Source of the DNA: an uncultured delta proteobacterium
Lineage (GTDB): Bacteria; Desulfobacterota; Zymogenia; Zymogenales; Zymogenaceae
DNA length: 64,000 bases
Assembly: GCA_963848155.1 (NCBI GenBank)
Contig: CAWKCL010000007.1
Span: 9,363-73,362, forward strand
Direction of reading: 5' to 3'
The position numbers and the translations under genes were made by a program. Below, piece after piece: positions 28,847 through 39,661 of this stretch (position 1 is the first letter of the stretch; the number at the start of each line of letters is the position of its first letter). The notes under the pieces are model-generated. The model was not told the origin of the DNA and did no database searches. It saw only the letters and a program-made list of their open reading frames with translations.

Positions 28847-29805
28847 CCAAACGCGATATTACGCCGCTGGATTTGACCAAGGTAAAGACCTATTCCCTGG
28901 CCCAGCGCACGAGCAAGGTAACGGTCGCCGACTTTGCCCGCCCTCCGGTCGGCGGGCTGACGGTCCGGGGGTTCCTCGAAGGGCTGGGGGGGCTGCTCGC
29001 GGCCGCCGACCTCAGGGAGGTAATCGGGTCGGTAGTTCGGGCCGTTCAAACCGAACGCCCGGTAATGGTCGCGATGGGAGCCCACGTGATCAAGGTCGGT
29101 CTCTCGCCGCTGATCATCGATCTCATGGAGCGGCGGATAATCAGCCTGGTTGCGCTCAACGGTGCGGGAATCATCCACGACTTTGAGCTGGCCTATGCCG
29201 GATTCACCTCGGAAGACGTTGACGCGGTGCTGCCGGGCGGGGAGTTCGGGATGGCCAGGGAAACGTCCCAGTCCCTCAATAATGCGATTGCCCAGGGGGC
29301 ACATAAAGGGGAGGGCATCGGGCGTGCGGTCGGCATGATGATCGAGCAGGAGAAACTCCCGTATCGGCAGCACAGCATCCTTGCGGCGGGGGCGCGTCTC
29401 GGTATCCCGGTAACGGTGCATGTAGCCCTCGGCACCGATATCATCCATATGCATCCGGACGCGTCCGGGGAGGCCATCGGCAAGGGATCACTTACCGATT
29501 TTCATACGTTTGCTTCGGCGGTGGCCGGTCTTTCGGGTGGCGTTTATTTTAATATCGGATCGGCGGTGATTCTGCCCGAGGTCTTCCTCAAGGCGATATC
29601 GCTGGCCCGCAACGTCGGTGCCTCGGTCGAGGGTTTCACAACAATCAATATGGACTTTATACGGCATTACCGTCCCCAGACAAACGTCGTCGGACGTCCC
29701 ACGGCCGGTACGGGCAGGGGGATTACGCTCATCGGCCATCATGAGATCATGGTGCCGCTGGTCTGCGCCGGGATCATCGATGCGCTCGATGCTCCGGCCG
29801 GCTGA
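28843..29805 (+). CDS. deoxyhypusine-synthase-like family protein (function unknown)
   Basis: 320-aa ORF. AMGAHVIKVGLSPLIIDLMERRIISLVALNGAGIIHDFE, SILAAGARLGIPVTVHVALGTDI and YFNIGSAVILPEVF line up by eye with DHS-fold landmarks. The start overlaps the gmhA stop (ATGA). Confidence 0.4.
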   Translation: MTKRDITPLDLTKVKTYSLAQRTSKVTVADFARPPVGGLTVRGFLEGLGGLLAAADLREVIGSVVRAVQTERPVMVAMGAHVIKVGLSPLIIDLMERRIISLVALNGAGIIHDFELAYAGFTSEDVDAVLPGGEFGMARETSQSLNNAIAQGAHKGEGIGRAVGMMIEQEKLPYRQHSILAAGARLGIPVTVHVALGTDIIHMHPDASGEAIGKGSLTDFHTFASAVAGLSGGVYFNIGSAVILPEVFLKAISLARNVGASVEGFTTINMDFIRHYRPQTNVVGRPTAGTGRGITLIGHHEIMVPLVCAGIIDALDAPAG

Positions 29806-29850
29806 GGCCCGGTCCAGAATAAGCAATCCGGGAAGAGGGGGCGGGTGACG

Positions 29851-30132
29851 ATGAACAACCGAAAGATCACGCCGACGGGAACCGGGGGCAGAGGCAGGGG
29901 CGTATGTCTGTATGGGTGCCTGGCTCTCATCGCCATCGCCGTGATCCTTTCGGTGGCGGGAGTCTGGGCGATCCATCGGGCCGCCGACGGTGCGACGCCT
30001 TTGACGGGCGGCCTGACTATCGGGGAGGTCTTCGATAACGGTGAGCGGTTCGTGGCCGGCGTGATGGACGGCTCGATCCGTCCGGAGGCGGCTGTCCGAA
30101 TACTCTTCCGACTTATTTACCGATATGAGTGA
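29851..30132 (+). CDS. small single-pass membrane protein, unknown function
   Basis: ORF with one TM helix (VCLYGCLALIAIAVILSVAGVWAI). No recognisable motif. Confidence 0.35.
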   Translation: MNNRKITPTGTGGRGRGVCLYGCLALIAIAVILSVAGVWAIHRAADGATPLTGGLTIGEVFDNGERFVAGVMDGSIRPEAAVRILFRLIYRYE

Positions 30133-30227
30133 CGGCATATTGACCACGGAAGAAATCCGGAGTATACTGGGTGAAATAGGGCGCGCGTGTGACGTGCGTA
30201 TTTGAGGGAAGCAATATCGGGGGGGTC

Positions 30228-30617
30228 ATGGCATACAAAAAAAGAGTGCTCATCGTCGATGACAACCACTTTTTCCGCGAAGTCATGACCAATGAGTTCA
30301 ATGAGGCGGGCTTTGATGTATTGACTGCGGAAGACGGTGAAGAAGGTCTTCAGAAATTCGAGCGGATGCACCCCGATGTGGTCATCGTAGACAAGATCAT
30401 GCCGAAGATGGGCGGCACGCGGTTTATGAAACGGGCCCAGGAACACGATTTTTCCAAGGACGTTCTGTTCGTAACCGTCAGTTCCATGATTGCGGAGCCG
30501 CCCCACGAGCATCATCACGATGTCCTCGGCTCAAAGGTACACATTCCCAAGACCACCAAACCCGTCGATATTGTGATCCTTGTGGAGCAGCTCCTCTCGA
30601 GAAAAGAAGCAAAATAA
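30228..30617 (+). CDS. single-domain response regulator (REC only)
   Basis: RVLIVDDNHFF, VVIVDKIMPKMGG (acceptor Asp), LFVTVSS, and the K in HIPKTTKP. Confidence 0.75.
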   Translation: MAYKKRVLIVDDNHFFREVMTNEFNEAGFDVLTAEDGEEGLQKFERMHPDVVIVDKIMPKMGGTRFMKRAQEHDFSKDVLFVTVSSMIAEPPHEHHHDVLGSKVHIPKTTKPVDIVILVEQLLSRKEAK

Positions 30618-30726
30618 TCGATTTTATTCTTTCGGTATCATTCGTGCCGCCCAAAGAGGGCGGTTTTTTACTTGGACGGCGCCGCTAAAAAACGCTAGGG
30701 AGGCGCCGGACGCGGGGAAAGGCCGG

Positions 30727-31411
30727 ATGGGTCTATTCGGGATGTTTCTGGAGCTTACAGGCCGCACGTGCCTGGTAGTCGGCGGCGGGGCAGTGGGCAC
30801 CCGGAAGGTGCAGGCGTTGCTGGAGGCGGGCGGGAACGTCACGGTCGTATCCCCGGAGGTGACGTCCGAATTGGGGCGACTCATCGATGAGGGGAAGGCT
30901 GCCTATATCAGGGGACGATTTTCGCCGGAGCATCTGGCGGGGATACGTCGTGTGCATATCGGCCATGGACGAGCGCGCCGGAAACGAGGAGGTCGCCGAG
31001 AACTGTCGAAAACGGGGGGTACTCGTCAACGTCGTGGACGATCCGTCCCTTTCCGATTTCTTCTTCCCGTCGGTAGTCCGCAGGGGAGACCTGGTCATCG
31101 CCATCTCATCGGGAGGAGTAGCGCCGTCGATGGTAAAGCGAATACGGCAGGACCTGGAGGCGAGCTACGGCCCGGAATACGAGTCGGTCTTTCTCGTTCT
31201 GGGGCGGCTGAGACAAAGGCTGAGAGGAGCCGGAATTTCCGGAGAAGGGCTTGCCGGAGTCATGGAGCGGGCGGCGGCGCTTCCCCTGGCCGAGATGATA
31301 TCGGAGGGACCGAACAGCGGGATCGTCCGGGTGATACGGCAGGTCCTTGACGAGGGTGGGGTGGGCGCGGACGTCGACCTTGACGGCCTGTCCGATCCCG
31401 AATTAGAATGA
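30727..31411 (+). pseudogene. precorrin-2 dehydrogenase/sirohydrochlorin ferrochelatase (siroheme synthase N-terminal domain type), one frameshift
   Basis: Rossmann motif CLVVGGGAVGTRKVQALLEAGGNVTVVSP. After the break at the G4 run 30939-30942: VVCISAMDERAGNEEVAENCRKRGVLVNVVDDPSLSDFFFPSVVRRGDLVIAISSGGVAPSMVKRIR. Confidence 0.75.
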
Positions 31412-31425
31412 TAACGAAACGAAAC

Positions 31426-32723
31426 ATGACGCTGTTCGTCGTCGGGATGAGCCATAGATCGGCGCCGGTGGATGTCCGCGAGAGGATGGGTATCGGCGGC
31501 GAGTCGGTCGAAAAATTCCTGCAGGGGACTGGTAAGCTCTCCTGATATCGACGAGTGCCTGGTGCTTTCCACCTGTAACCGTGTGGAGATACTGGGGCTG
31601 TCGCCCGACGTGTCGGCGGCGGTGACATACGCTATCTCGTATCTGGGCTCTTTTCACGGCAGAGATCCATCCGCGATGAAGGACTATTTTTATATACGCG
31701 AGGATCGGGAGGCCGTCCGTCACGTCCTTCGGGTCAGCTCATCACTCGATTCAATGGTGGTCGGCGAGCCGCAAATACTGGGCCAGGTCAAGGACTCCTA
31801 TCGGGCGGCAACGGCCTCGGACACCTCCGGGCCGGTTCTCAACCGACTGCTGCACCGCGCCTTTTTTACGGCCAAGCGGGTCAAGAACGAGACCGCTATC
31901 GCCTCCCGCCCCGTTTCCGTCAGTTCGGCGGCGCTCTGGCTCTGCGAGGAATCGCTCGGCGGCCCTTCGGGAAGAAGCGTCCTCATGGTCGGCGCGGGAG
32001 AGATGGGAGAGGAAACGCTTAAGCAGCTTGCCTGCAGCCAGCCCGGGGAGATACACATCGCCAACAGGACGCGGGAGAAGGCGCAGGCCCTCTGTGAGCG
32101 GTTCGTGGGCACGTACGTCGCCTGGGAAAACCTGGCCGAGGCGGTCGGATCGGCCGATATCGTCATCACCTGTACCGGATCGGCGCAGCCCATCATTACG
32201 ACGCCGATGGTCACGCGGGCGCTGAAGGGCCGCAACGGGAGGCCGCTTGCCATTATCGATATCGCCGTTCCGCGGGACGTTGAGCAGGCGGTCGGGGATA
32301 TCGCCGGGGTATCGCTCTACAATATAGACAACCTTAACGACGGTGGTGAAACGAAACATCTCCGAGCGTGAATCGGACGCAGTCCGGTCGGAGCGAATCG
32401 TTGACGAGGAGACGGATAAATTTATGGGCTGGCTTGATTCGCTGGACCTTGTGCCGACGATCGTACTATTGAGGCGAAAGCTGAAGCTGATCGGTGACGA
32501 GGAGGTCAACAAGACCCTCGCCTCGTGGGAGAGGCCTACCGAAGAGGAGACCCGACGGGTGCGGCTCCTTGCCGAATCGATTATCAACAAGGTCCTGCAC
32601 GATCCCACCATGTACCTGAAACGTGACGCCCAGGCGGCGGGGTCGTCAACCGTTGAGTTAATCCGGGACCTGTTTGCCCTCGACGGGGAGGATACCGATG
32701 ATCACAATCGGGACGAGGGGTAG
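31426..32723 (+). pseudogene. hemA: glutamyl-tRNA reductase, two frameshifts
   Basis: MTLFVVGMSHRSAPVDVRE..., then LVLSTCNRVEI (catalytic Cys), GEPQILGQVK, VLMVGAGEMGE, IANRTREKA, IIDIAVPRDV. The C-terminal helical domain is in the 32343-32723 frame. Breaks near 31524-31527 (G4) and about 32341. Confidence 0.9.
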
Positions 32724-33601
32724 CCCCCTTGCCCTCGTCCAGGCCCGGGCGGTGGCCGATATGCTTACGGCAGGACGGCCCGGACGCCGATGCGAGATCG
32801 TAACGATCACGACCCAGGGTGACCGGATGACGAAGACTGCCCTCTGGGAGATCGGGGGCAAAGGCCTCTTCGTCAAGGAAATTGAAACGGCGCTTCTGGA
32901 ACGGCGTATCGATCTGGCGGTGCACAGCATGAAGGATATGCCCCAGGAAATACCGGACGGTCTTACCATTGGGGCGGTGCCGGCGCGGGAAGACGTGCGG
33001 GACGTGTTGGTTACCCGGGGCCCGACCGAAGGGATCGCTCAAATCCCGCCGGGCCTCGTCATCGGGACGTCGAGCCTCAGGAGGAGGGCCCAGATCCTCA
33101 GCCTCAGGCCCGACCTGGCGGTTTCGCCGCTGAGAGGAAACGTCGGGACGCGCCTCAGGAAGCTTTCCGACAACGAATACGGCGGCGTGATCCTGGCGGC
33201 GGCCGGGATGCGCCGCCTGGGTATTGAGGCCGAGCATGTCCTTCCCCTGGCGCCGGAGGACTTTGTCCCGGCGGCGGGCCAGGGGGCGCTGGCGCTGGAG
33301 GTGAGATGCGGCGAGGAAGAGCTTGTATCGCACCTTGACGACGCAGATACGCAGTCGCGCGGTCTTTTCTGAGCGCGCCTTCGTGGAACGCCTTGGGGCC
33401 TCCTGCCGCTCGGCAGTTGGGGCCTGGGCCCGCGGAGAGGGTGAACGGTTTACGCTCACCGGGAGGGTTCTCACGCCGGATGGGGACCGGGTTATAGAGG
33501 GAGAGCGGACGGGAAACGCCCGGGACGGTTACGAAATCGGGCAGGCCCTTGCGGACGAATTCCTGAGCCGGGGCGCGCGCGCCCTCCTTGAGGAAGAGTA
33601 G
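32698..33601 (+). pseudogene. hemC: porphobilinogen deaminase (hydroxymethylbilane synthase), one frameshift
   Basis: ITIGTRGSPLALVQA, TTQGDR, GGKGLFVKEIE, DLAVHSMKDMP, GTSSLRRRAQ, LRGNVGTRLRKL, GQGALALE. The C-terminal SERAFVERLGASCRSAVGAWA (cofactor Cys) is in the 33323-33601 frame. Break about 33340-33362. Confidence 0.9.
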
Positions 33602-35149
33602 ATGACTCGCTCGAACGATATGGGAACAGGGACCGTCTATCTCGTCGGTGCGGGGCCGGGAGACCCCGGGCTCGTGACGCTGAAGGCCGTGCGGGCGATG
33701 GCCGATGCCGAGGTGGTGATCTACGACCATCTCGTCGATGAGGCTATCCTTTCCCACGTGCACCGGGGTGCGCGGATGATCTACGCCGGAAAAGAGGGGG
33801 GACGCCACACACTGTCCCAGGACGAGATAAACCGGCTGATCGTGTCCCATGCGAAAGAAGGCAAGAGGGTCGTTCGTCTGAAGGGGGGCGATCCCTTCAT
33901 CTTCGGCCGGGGAGGAGAAGAGGCGCTCGTGCTGGCCGCCGAGGGGATTCCCTTTGAAATCGTCCCCGGTGTAACGTCGGCCTCCGCCGTCCCGGCATAC
34001 GCGGGCATCCCGGTCACCCACCGCGGGAGCGCCTCGATGGTCGTCTTTGTGACGGGCCATGAGGACCCGACGAAAGACGAAGACTCGGTCGATTGGGGGT
34101 ATCTTGCCGGTTTTACCGGGACGATCGTGGTGCTCATGGGGGTGAAGCGGATCGAGGAAAACGTCAACGCCCTGATAGCGGGCGGCAAATCCCCCGATAC
34201 CCCGTCGGCCCTGATATCGCGGGGGACGACCCCCGCCCAACGGAGCGTGAGGGCTCCGCTGTCGGATATCGCAGCGGCGGCACGGAAAGAGGGCATCACG
34301 GCGCCGGCGGTGCTCGTCGTTGGGGAAGTGGCCGGCCTCATGGGGAGCCTCGGCTGGTTCGAGAGGCTGCCGCTGTTCGGCAGACGGATCGTCGTTACGC
34401 GGGCCGAACACCAGGCCGCCGAATTGTCCGACCGGCTGAGGGCGCTCGGGGCGCTGCCGATTCAGCTGCCCGCTATCGCGATCGGCCCGCCGACGGACGA
34501 GCAGGCCGCCGAGCAGGCGGTATCGTCGGTTTCGGCTTACGATATCGTCGTATTTACCAGCCCCAACGGGGTGAGCGCCTTCTTTGATCGCCTGGAACGA
34601 CGGGGGAGTGACTGCCGGGTACTTGGGGGCGTCACCGTGGCCGCAATGGGTCCGGGGACGGCGCTCGCGCTCAAAGACCGCGGGATAGCGGCCGATATCG
34701 TCCCCGACCGGTTTATCGCCGAGGCACTGGCGGAGGTGCTCATCGCCCGGGGGATGTGGGGCAAAAATATTCTCCTGTTTCGGGCCCAGGAGGCAAGGGA
34801 TGTGCTGCCCCGTCTCCTGACGGAGGCGGGGGCCGCCGTGACCGACGTGGGCGCATATCTCACCACGGCCCCGGAGGTATCCGACGAACAATTTTCCCGG
34901 GCCTTTGACGGGGCCGACCTGGTCGTGTTTACGAGCGGGTCCACCGCGACCAACCTCGGGCTGATCGTGGACGAAAAAAGGAAGAAGGGCTCGGTTGATT
35001 TCTCGAAAATTGCGATTCCCGCCGCGGTCTCGATCGGGCCGATCACCAGCCGGGCGGCCGAACTGGCCGGCTTTACGGTCGCGGCGGAGGCCACCGAGTA
35101 CACCATTGAAGGCGTCGGTAAACGCGTTGGTCGATTACTATTCGGATAA
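33602..35149 (+). CDS. cobA/hemD: fused uroporphyrinogen-III C-methyltransferase / uroporphyrinogen-III synthase
   Basis: N-terminal half: VYLVGAGPGDPGLVTLKA, VVIYDHL, VRLKGGDPFIFGRGGEE, VPGVTSA. C-terminal half (from about aa 265) has a HemD-like two-lobe pattern (RIVVTRA..., VFTSPNGV, VFTSGST). Confidence 0.85.
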   Translation: MTRSNDMGTGTVYLVGAGPGDPGLVTLKAVRAMADAEVVIYDHLVDEAILSHVHRGARMIYAGKEGGRHTLSQDEINRLIVSHAKEGKRVVRLKGGDPFIFGRGGEEALVLAAEGIPFEIVPGVTSASAVPAYAGIPVTHRGSASMVVFVTGHEDPTKDEDSVDWGYLAGFTGTIVVLMGVKRIEENVNALIAGGKSPDTPSALISRGTTPAQRSVRAPLSDIAAAARKEGITAPAVLVVGEVAGLMGSLGWFERLPLFGRRIVVTRAEHQAAELSDRLRALGALPIQLPAIAIGPPTDEQAAEQAVSSVSAYDIVVFTSPNGVSAFFDRLERRGSDCRVLGGVTVAAMGPGTALALKDRGIAADIVPDRFIAEALAEVLIARGMWGKNILLFRAQEARDVLPRLLTEAGAAVTDVGAYLTTAPEVSDEQFSRAFDGADLVVFTSGSTATNLGLIVDEKRKKGSVDFSKIAIPAAVSIGPITSRAAELAGFTVAAEATEYTIEGVGKRVGRLLFG

Positions 35150-35152
35150 GAA

Positions 35153-36349
35153 ATGATCGGAATCTCAAAGCTCTATCTGGGTGCGGTTGAGGAGGCAGAC
35201 GTCCTGCGCTACGGCGGGGAGTCGAGGCGGCTTCCGTCGCACCTTCTGCAGTTTTCTCGGGACAAGAAACCGGTGGTCGTCTTTAACGCCACCCGGCGCT
35301 GCAACCTGAAGTGTATGCACTGTTACAGCGAGTCCGAGAACATCAATTACGCCGGGGAACTTACAACCGAAGAAGCCCGCGCCCTCATCGACGACCTGGC
35401 GCAGTTCGGCGCCCCCGTGATCCTCTTTTCGGGCGGGGAGCCGCTGATGCGGCCCGACCTCGAGGATCTCATCGGCCATGCCGTGGGGCGCGGTATGCGG
35501 GCGGTCATCTCCACGAACGGCACCCTCATTACCGAGGACCGGGCGGCGCGGCTCAAGGACCTCGGCCTCTCGTACGTCGGGGTGAGCCTGGACGGGCTGG
35601 AGGCAACCCACGACTCGTTCCGCAAGGTAACGGGGGCATTCGGCAAGGCGATGGCCGGGGTCAGAAACTGCATGGAACAGGGAATAAAGGTGGGGCTCCG
35701 GTTTACGATCAACAGGCTCAACGTCCATGAGATCGGCCCGATATTCGAACTGATGGAGGCCGAGCAGGTGCCCCGAATCTGCTTTTACCATCTGGTGGTG
35801 TCGGGGCGGGGGGCCGGTATTCGTCAGATGATGTTATCCCACGACGAGACCCGTGCCGCCGTCGACCTGATTATGGATAAGACAAAGGCGCTCTTTGCCC
35901 GGGGGTTCACGCCGGAGGTCCTCACGGTGGATAACCACGCCGACGGCCCCTACGTCTATCTGCGACTGCTGAGGGAAGACCCCGAACGGGCGGCCGACGT
36001 GCTGCGGCTCCTGATGCTTAATCAGGGAAACTCATCCGGCGTGGGGATTTCGTGCGTCAGTTTTGACGGCGAGGTCTACGCCGATCAGTTCTGGAGAAGC
36101 CGATCGTTCGGGAACGTCAGGCGGCGGCCTTTTTCCGAGATCTGGACGGACGTTACCAACCCGCTGATGGCCCGTCTCAAACAGAAAAAGCTGCACGTCA
36201 CCGGCCGGTGTGCCGGGTGCCGGTGGCTTGACGTGTGCGCCGGGAACTTCCGGGCGCGGGCCGAGGCAATGACCGGGGATACCTGGGCGTCGGACCCCGC
36301 CTGCTACCTGACCGACGAAGAGATCGGACCCCCGGCCGGATCGCCATGA
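35153..36349 (+). CDS. radical SAM/SPASM protein of the NirJ/AhbC/AhbD (alternative heme biosynthesis) type
   Basis: CNLKCMHCY (CxxxCxxC) cluster motif, GGEPLMRPD, and a C-terminal Cys-rich SPASM-like region (GISCVSFDG..., [19 protein letters not shown]). Sits directly after cobA-hemD. Confidence 0.65.
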   Translation: MIGISKLYLGAVEEADVLRYGGESRRLPSHLLQFSRDKKPVVVFNATRRCNLKCMHCYSESENINYAGELTTEEARALIDDLAQFGAPVILFSGGEPLMRPDLEDLIGHAVGRGMRAVISTNGTLITEDRAARLKDLGLSYVGVSLDGLEATHDSFRKVTGAFGKAMAGVRNCMEQGIKVGLRFTINRLNVHEIGPIFELMEAEQVPRICFYHLVVSGRGAGIRQMMLSHDETRAAVDLIMDKTKALFARGFTPEVLTVDNHADGPYVYLRLLREDPERAADVLRLLMLNQGNSSGVGISCVSFDGEVYADQFWRSRSFGNVRRRPFSEIWTDVTNPLMARLKQKKLHVTGRCAGCRWLDVCAGNFRARAEAMTGDTWASDPACYLTDEEIGPPAGSP

Positions 36350-38223
36350 ACCGCTTTGACGTCATCGTCATCGGGGCGGGGCACGCCGGGATCGAGGCGG
36401 CGCTGGCCGCCGCGCGGATGGGCGCCAGCACCCTTGTCCTGACCGGAAATATAGAGACCATCGGCCAGATGTCGTGCAATCCCGCCGTGGGGGGGCTGGC
36501 CAAGGGACAGCTCGTCAAGGAGATAGACGCCCTCGGCGGGGAAATGGGGCTGGCCACGGACGAGTCCGGGATCCAGTTTCGCACCCTGAATACGAACAAG
36601 GGGCCGGCCGTTCGCTCCTCCCGGGCCCAGGCGGACCGGGCGGGCTACCGCTCCTACATGAAGGCGGTCCTCGAAAAGACCCCGCGGCTCTCGATCCGCC
36701 AGACGATGGCGCGGTCGGTGGTTGCCGAAGGCGGCCGCGTGGCGGGGGTGTTGACCGAATACGGTGAGGAGTTCCTTGCCCCCGCCGTGGTGATCGCGAC
36801 GGGGACCTTCCTCAAGGGGATGGTCAGGATCGGGCGGGTATCATTCGGCGCCGGTCGACTGGGCGACCCGCCGTCCGATTTCCTCTCCGACTCGCTCAGG
36901 GACCTGGGCCTTGCGGTCGGGCGGTTTTCCACCGCCACCACCCCCCGGTTAGACGGCGCAACTATCGACTATTCAAAGACGACATCACAGCCCCTCCAGT
37001 GGCCGATCGTCCCCTTTTCGTTTCGGACCGGTTCCCTCGACCGTGACCAGCTCCCCTGCCACGTCACCTACACTAACGCCCATACCCATGACGTAATCAG
37101 AAACTGCATTGATACCGACGCAGTATCCGAAGGGTGGCTCAACCGAAAGGGGCCCCGCTATTGCCCCTCCATCGAGGAAAAGGTCCTCTTTTTCCCCGAG
37201 AGGATTCGCCACCAGGTATTCCTGGAGCCTGAAGGATTTAACACCACCGAGGTCTATCCGAACGGGCTATTTACGACCCTCGGCATCGAACAGCAGATGA
37301 AGATCCTTGCGGCGATCCCGGGTCTCGAAGAGGCGCGGATGACAAGGCCCGCCTATTCGATCAAATACGACTACGTCCCGCCGACGCAGCTGAAGCCGAC
37401 GCTGGAGACAAAACAGGTCGCCGGGCTGTTTTTGGCGGGCCAGATCAACGGCACCTCCGGCTACGAGGAGGCGGCGGCCCAGGGGCTCGTGGCGGGGATC
37501 AACGCGGCGGGCTCCGTGCAGAAGCGGCCGCCGTTCGTCCTCACTCGCTCGGACGCCTACATCGGCGTACTGATCGACGACCTGGTTACCAAGGGCACCA
37601 ACGAGCCCTACCGGATGTTCACGTCCCGGGCCGAATACCGCCTTGCGCTGCGCGAGGGAAACGCGATCTTCCGCCTGACCGCGCAGGGCAGGGAGCTTGG
37701 GCTCATCGACGACGACGCCTGGAGGCTGTTCTGCGAGAAGCGGGAGGCGCTCGACCGGGGTCTCGGGATGATGGAGGAGCCGCTTTTCCCGACGAAGGCG
37801 ACGAACAATCGGCTGGCGGAACTGGGGGTGTCGCCCATTATCAACAAGATGACCCACGCCGACCTGCTGCGGCGCCAGGGGGTAACCGCCCCGATCATCA
37901 GGGAGATTGTTCCGGGGCTGCGGGAGCTGCCGGACGATATCCTTTCGGAGATCGAGATCCAGACGAAGTACGAGGGGTATCTCTCACGTCAGGACGACGA
38001 GATCCGGAAATTCAGGAAACTTGAGGGGCAGTCTATCCCGCAGGGCTTTCAATACCGGGGGCTTGCGGGGCTTTCGGCGGAAGCGGCGGAAAAGCTCGAC
38101 GAGGCGCGTCCCGTTTCCGTGGGCCAGGCGTCCCGAATCCCCGGCGTGACGCCGGCGGCGGTCTCCATCCTCCTTATTCATCTCAAGAAGCGGCGGGCAG
38201 CGGCCGGTCCTGACGTTGAATAG
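36346..38223 (+). CDS. mnmG: tRNA uridine-5-carboxymethylaminomethyl modification enzyme MnmG (GidA)
   Basis: [75 protein letters not shown]. The start overlaps the upstream stop (ATGA). Confidence 0.95.
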   Translation: MNRFDVIVIGAGHAGIEAALAAARMGASTLVLTGNIETIGQMSCNPAVGGLAKGQLVKEIDALGGEMGLATDESGIQFRTLNTNKGPAVRSSRAQADRAGYRSYMKAVLEKTPRLSIRQTMARSVVAEGGRVAGVLTEYGEEFLAPAVVIATGTFLKGMVRIGRVSFGAGRLGDPPSDFLSDSLRDLGLAVGRFSTATTPRLDGATIDYSKTTSQPLQWPIVPFSFRTGSLDRDQLPCHVTYTNAHTHDVIRNCIDTDAVSEGWLNRKGPRYCPSIEEKVLFFPERIRHQVFLEPEGFNTTEVYPNGLFTTLGIEQQMKILAAIPGLEEARMTRPAYSIKYDYVPPTQLKPTLETKQVAGLFLAGQINGTSGYEEAAAQGLVAGINAAGSVQKRPPFVLTRSDAYIGVLIDDLVTKGTNEPYRMFTSRAEYRLALREGNAIFRLTAQGRELGLIDDDAWRLFCEKREALDRGLGMMEEPLFPTKATNNRLAELGVSPIINKMTHADLLRRQGVTAPIIREIVPGLRELPDDILSEIEIQTKYEGYLSRQDDEIRKFRKLEGQSIPQGFQYRGLAGLSAEAAEKLDEARPVSVGQASRIPGVTPAAVSILLIHLKKRRAAAGPDVE

Positions 38224-38253
38224 TCCTCGAACCGATGAAAGAGGCCGGACGGG

Positions 38254-38715
38254 CTATCGGGGCCGCTTACTCCAGAGGTAATGCGGGCCGCGGTGACGGG
38301 CCCAGGCATCCGGTCCGTGTTCCCGGATGAGCCTGAGGTTATTGACCGGCGTATCACCGTGGAAGCGCTGAAAGGGCAGCAGCAGCCCGCAGGTCTCGAA
38401 GGTACCGCATTCCCAGCAGCCGGCATATCCCTTATCATGCGCGCACGCGCGGATGGCGCAGTCCTGCTTGCCGCCTCCCTCGGCGCAGGGGCCGGGGCAC
38501 CTCAGCGAGTCTATCGCGGAGAGGTACTCCCGGAATCGCTCGTACCCGGAGAATACCCCGGTGCTTTCAGCCTTCAGGGCGGCGTAGCGCCGAAAGTCAA
38601 GGCGGTCCAACTCGACGGCGAGGACCTGCGCGGCATCAAAGAGCGAGCCCCGGGAAGGGATGCAGTCCTCACAGTACAGGCCGCAGCAGGCGGTGTAGCG
38701 TCGCTGGCCGGTCAT
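38254..38715 (-). CDS. DUF3795-like cysteine-rich protein
   Basis: ACCGLYCEDC at the N-terminus, plus CPGPCAEGGGKQDCAIRACA and GCWECGTFETC clusters, as in DUF3795. Confidence 0.55.
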   Translation of the reverse strand: MTGQRRYTACCGLYCEDCIPSRGSLFDAAQVLAVELDRLDFRRYAALKAESTGVFSGYERFREYLSAIDSLRCPGPCAEGGGKQDCAIRACAHDKGYAGCWECGTFETCGLLLPFQRFHGDTPVNNLRLIREHGPDAWARHRGPHYLWSKRPR

Positions 38716-38724
38716 CGGATATGC

Positions 38725-39558
38725 CTACGGCTCACGATAGATAACCGTGTGCTCCCCCTGCCGGTCGGCGCCGCGGTAGCCCTCCAACTCGCGGACGTTC
38801 TCTTCGATGACTCTCCCCTCCGGTAAAATCCCCGACCGCTCGAGGTAGTAGCGGGACATGAAGGGCTTTTTCGAAAGTCCCAGGTCCTTGAGCGGCCCGG
38901 CGATCTTGTGGTCGCCGAGATCGAGAAACGAACCGTCCGGGAAAAATGAATTCCTGGCCGTGCCGACCTGGGGGATGGTCGTCTGGATGAGCTTCTTGTC
39001 TTTCACCGAGAAGGTGGAGAGCGCCCGGTAGTCCCTCTTGACGAATCCGCGGCGCGCGACCCGGGCCGTCAGGATACGTTTGCCCGCCTCGGACAGGTGA
39101 CATTCCATGTATTCCGGCGTGATGACGAACTTCATATCCGCCACGAACTTCGTGTATCCCCAGACGCCCCGCCCGCCCTCACGGGCCGTGGTGTTGGTGA
39201 CGGGCAGGTGCAGGACCACCATCCCGAACCGCGGATCGTAGCTCTCCCGGATCGCGGGGATCAGGTGGGGCGGTTTTTTGTCGCCGAACATCGCCGGGAC
39301 GACGATCCCCACCTCGCCGTAGGGCCCGATGGTGGTGTCGATATAGTTGAAACAGGCCACGCCGAACAGGGCCTTCTTCTTGGTGAGGGTTACCGGGTGG
39401 AGCCGGTCCGAGGGGAGGAGGGCTTTTACCTTCTCCGGGTCGGCGGTGTAGAAGAGCGCGAACGCGTCGTCACGGAAATAGAGGATGGGAAGGTCGAATT
39501 TCACCCCCCCGACCTTTGTCGATTTACCGGGCCTGGTGCCGGCAAAAAATGGTTTCAT
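38725..39558 (-). CDS. acetoacetate decarboxylase (ADC)-like family protein
   Basis: 277-aa ORF. Resemblance by eye (YFRDDAFALFYTADPEKVKALLP, GPYGEVGIVVP, LPVTNTTAREGGRGVWGYTKF). No catalytic residues checked. Confidence 0.45.
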   Translation of the reverse strand: MKPFFAGTRPGKSTKVGGVKFDLPILYFRDDAFALFYTADPEKVKALLPSDRLHPVTLTKKKALFGVACFNYIDTTIGPYGEVGIVVPAMFGDKKPPHLIPAIRESYDPRFGMVVLHLPVTNTTAREGGRGVWGYTKFVADMKFVITPEYMECHLSEAGKRILTARVARRGFVKRDYRALSTFSVKDKKLIQTTIPQVGTARNSFFPDGSFLDLGDHKIAGPLKDLGLSKKPFMSRYYLERSGILPEGRVIEENVRELEGYRGADRQGEHTVIYREP

Positions 39559-39661
39559 TGTGCATATCCCATGAATGTGTGATGTTTAAAAACTCGCCCT
39601 CCGGCGCTGCGCCGGATCGGGATAATCCATAACCGGCGGCTTACGCACCCCCGGTCCCGAC

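Noticed and set aside
33155-34891. 578-aa minus-strand ORF, the longest unexplained ORF in the track
   Set aside because: It lies antisense to hemC and cobA-hemD, which have clear motifs. Its translation is Arg/Pro/Gly-rich low complexity, typical of stop-free antisense frames in GC-rich DNA.
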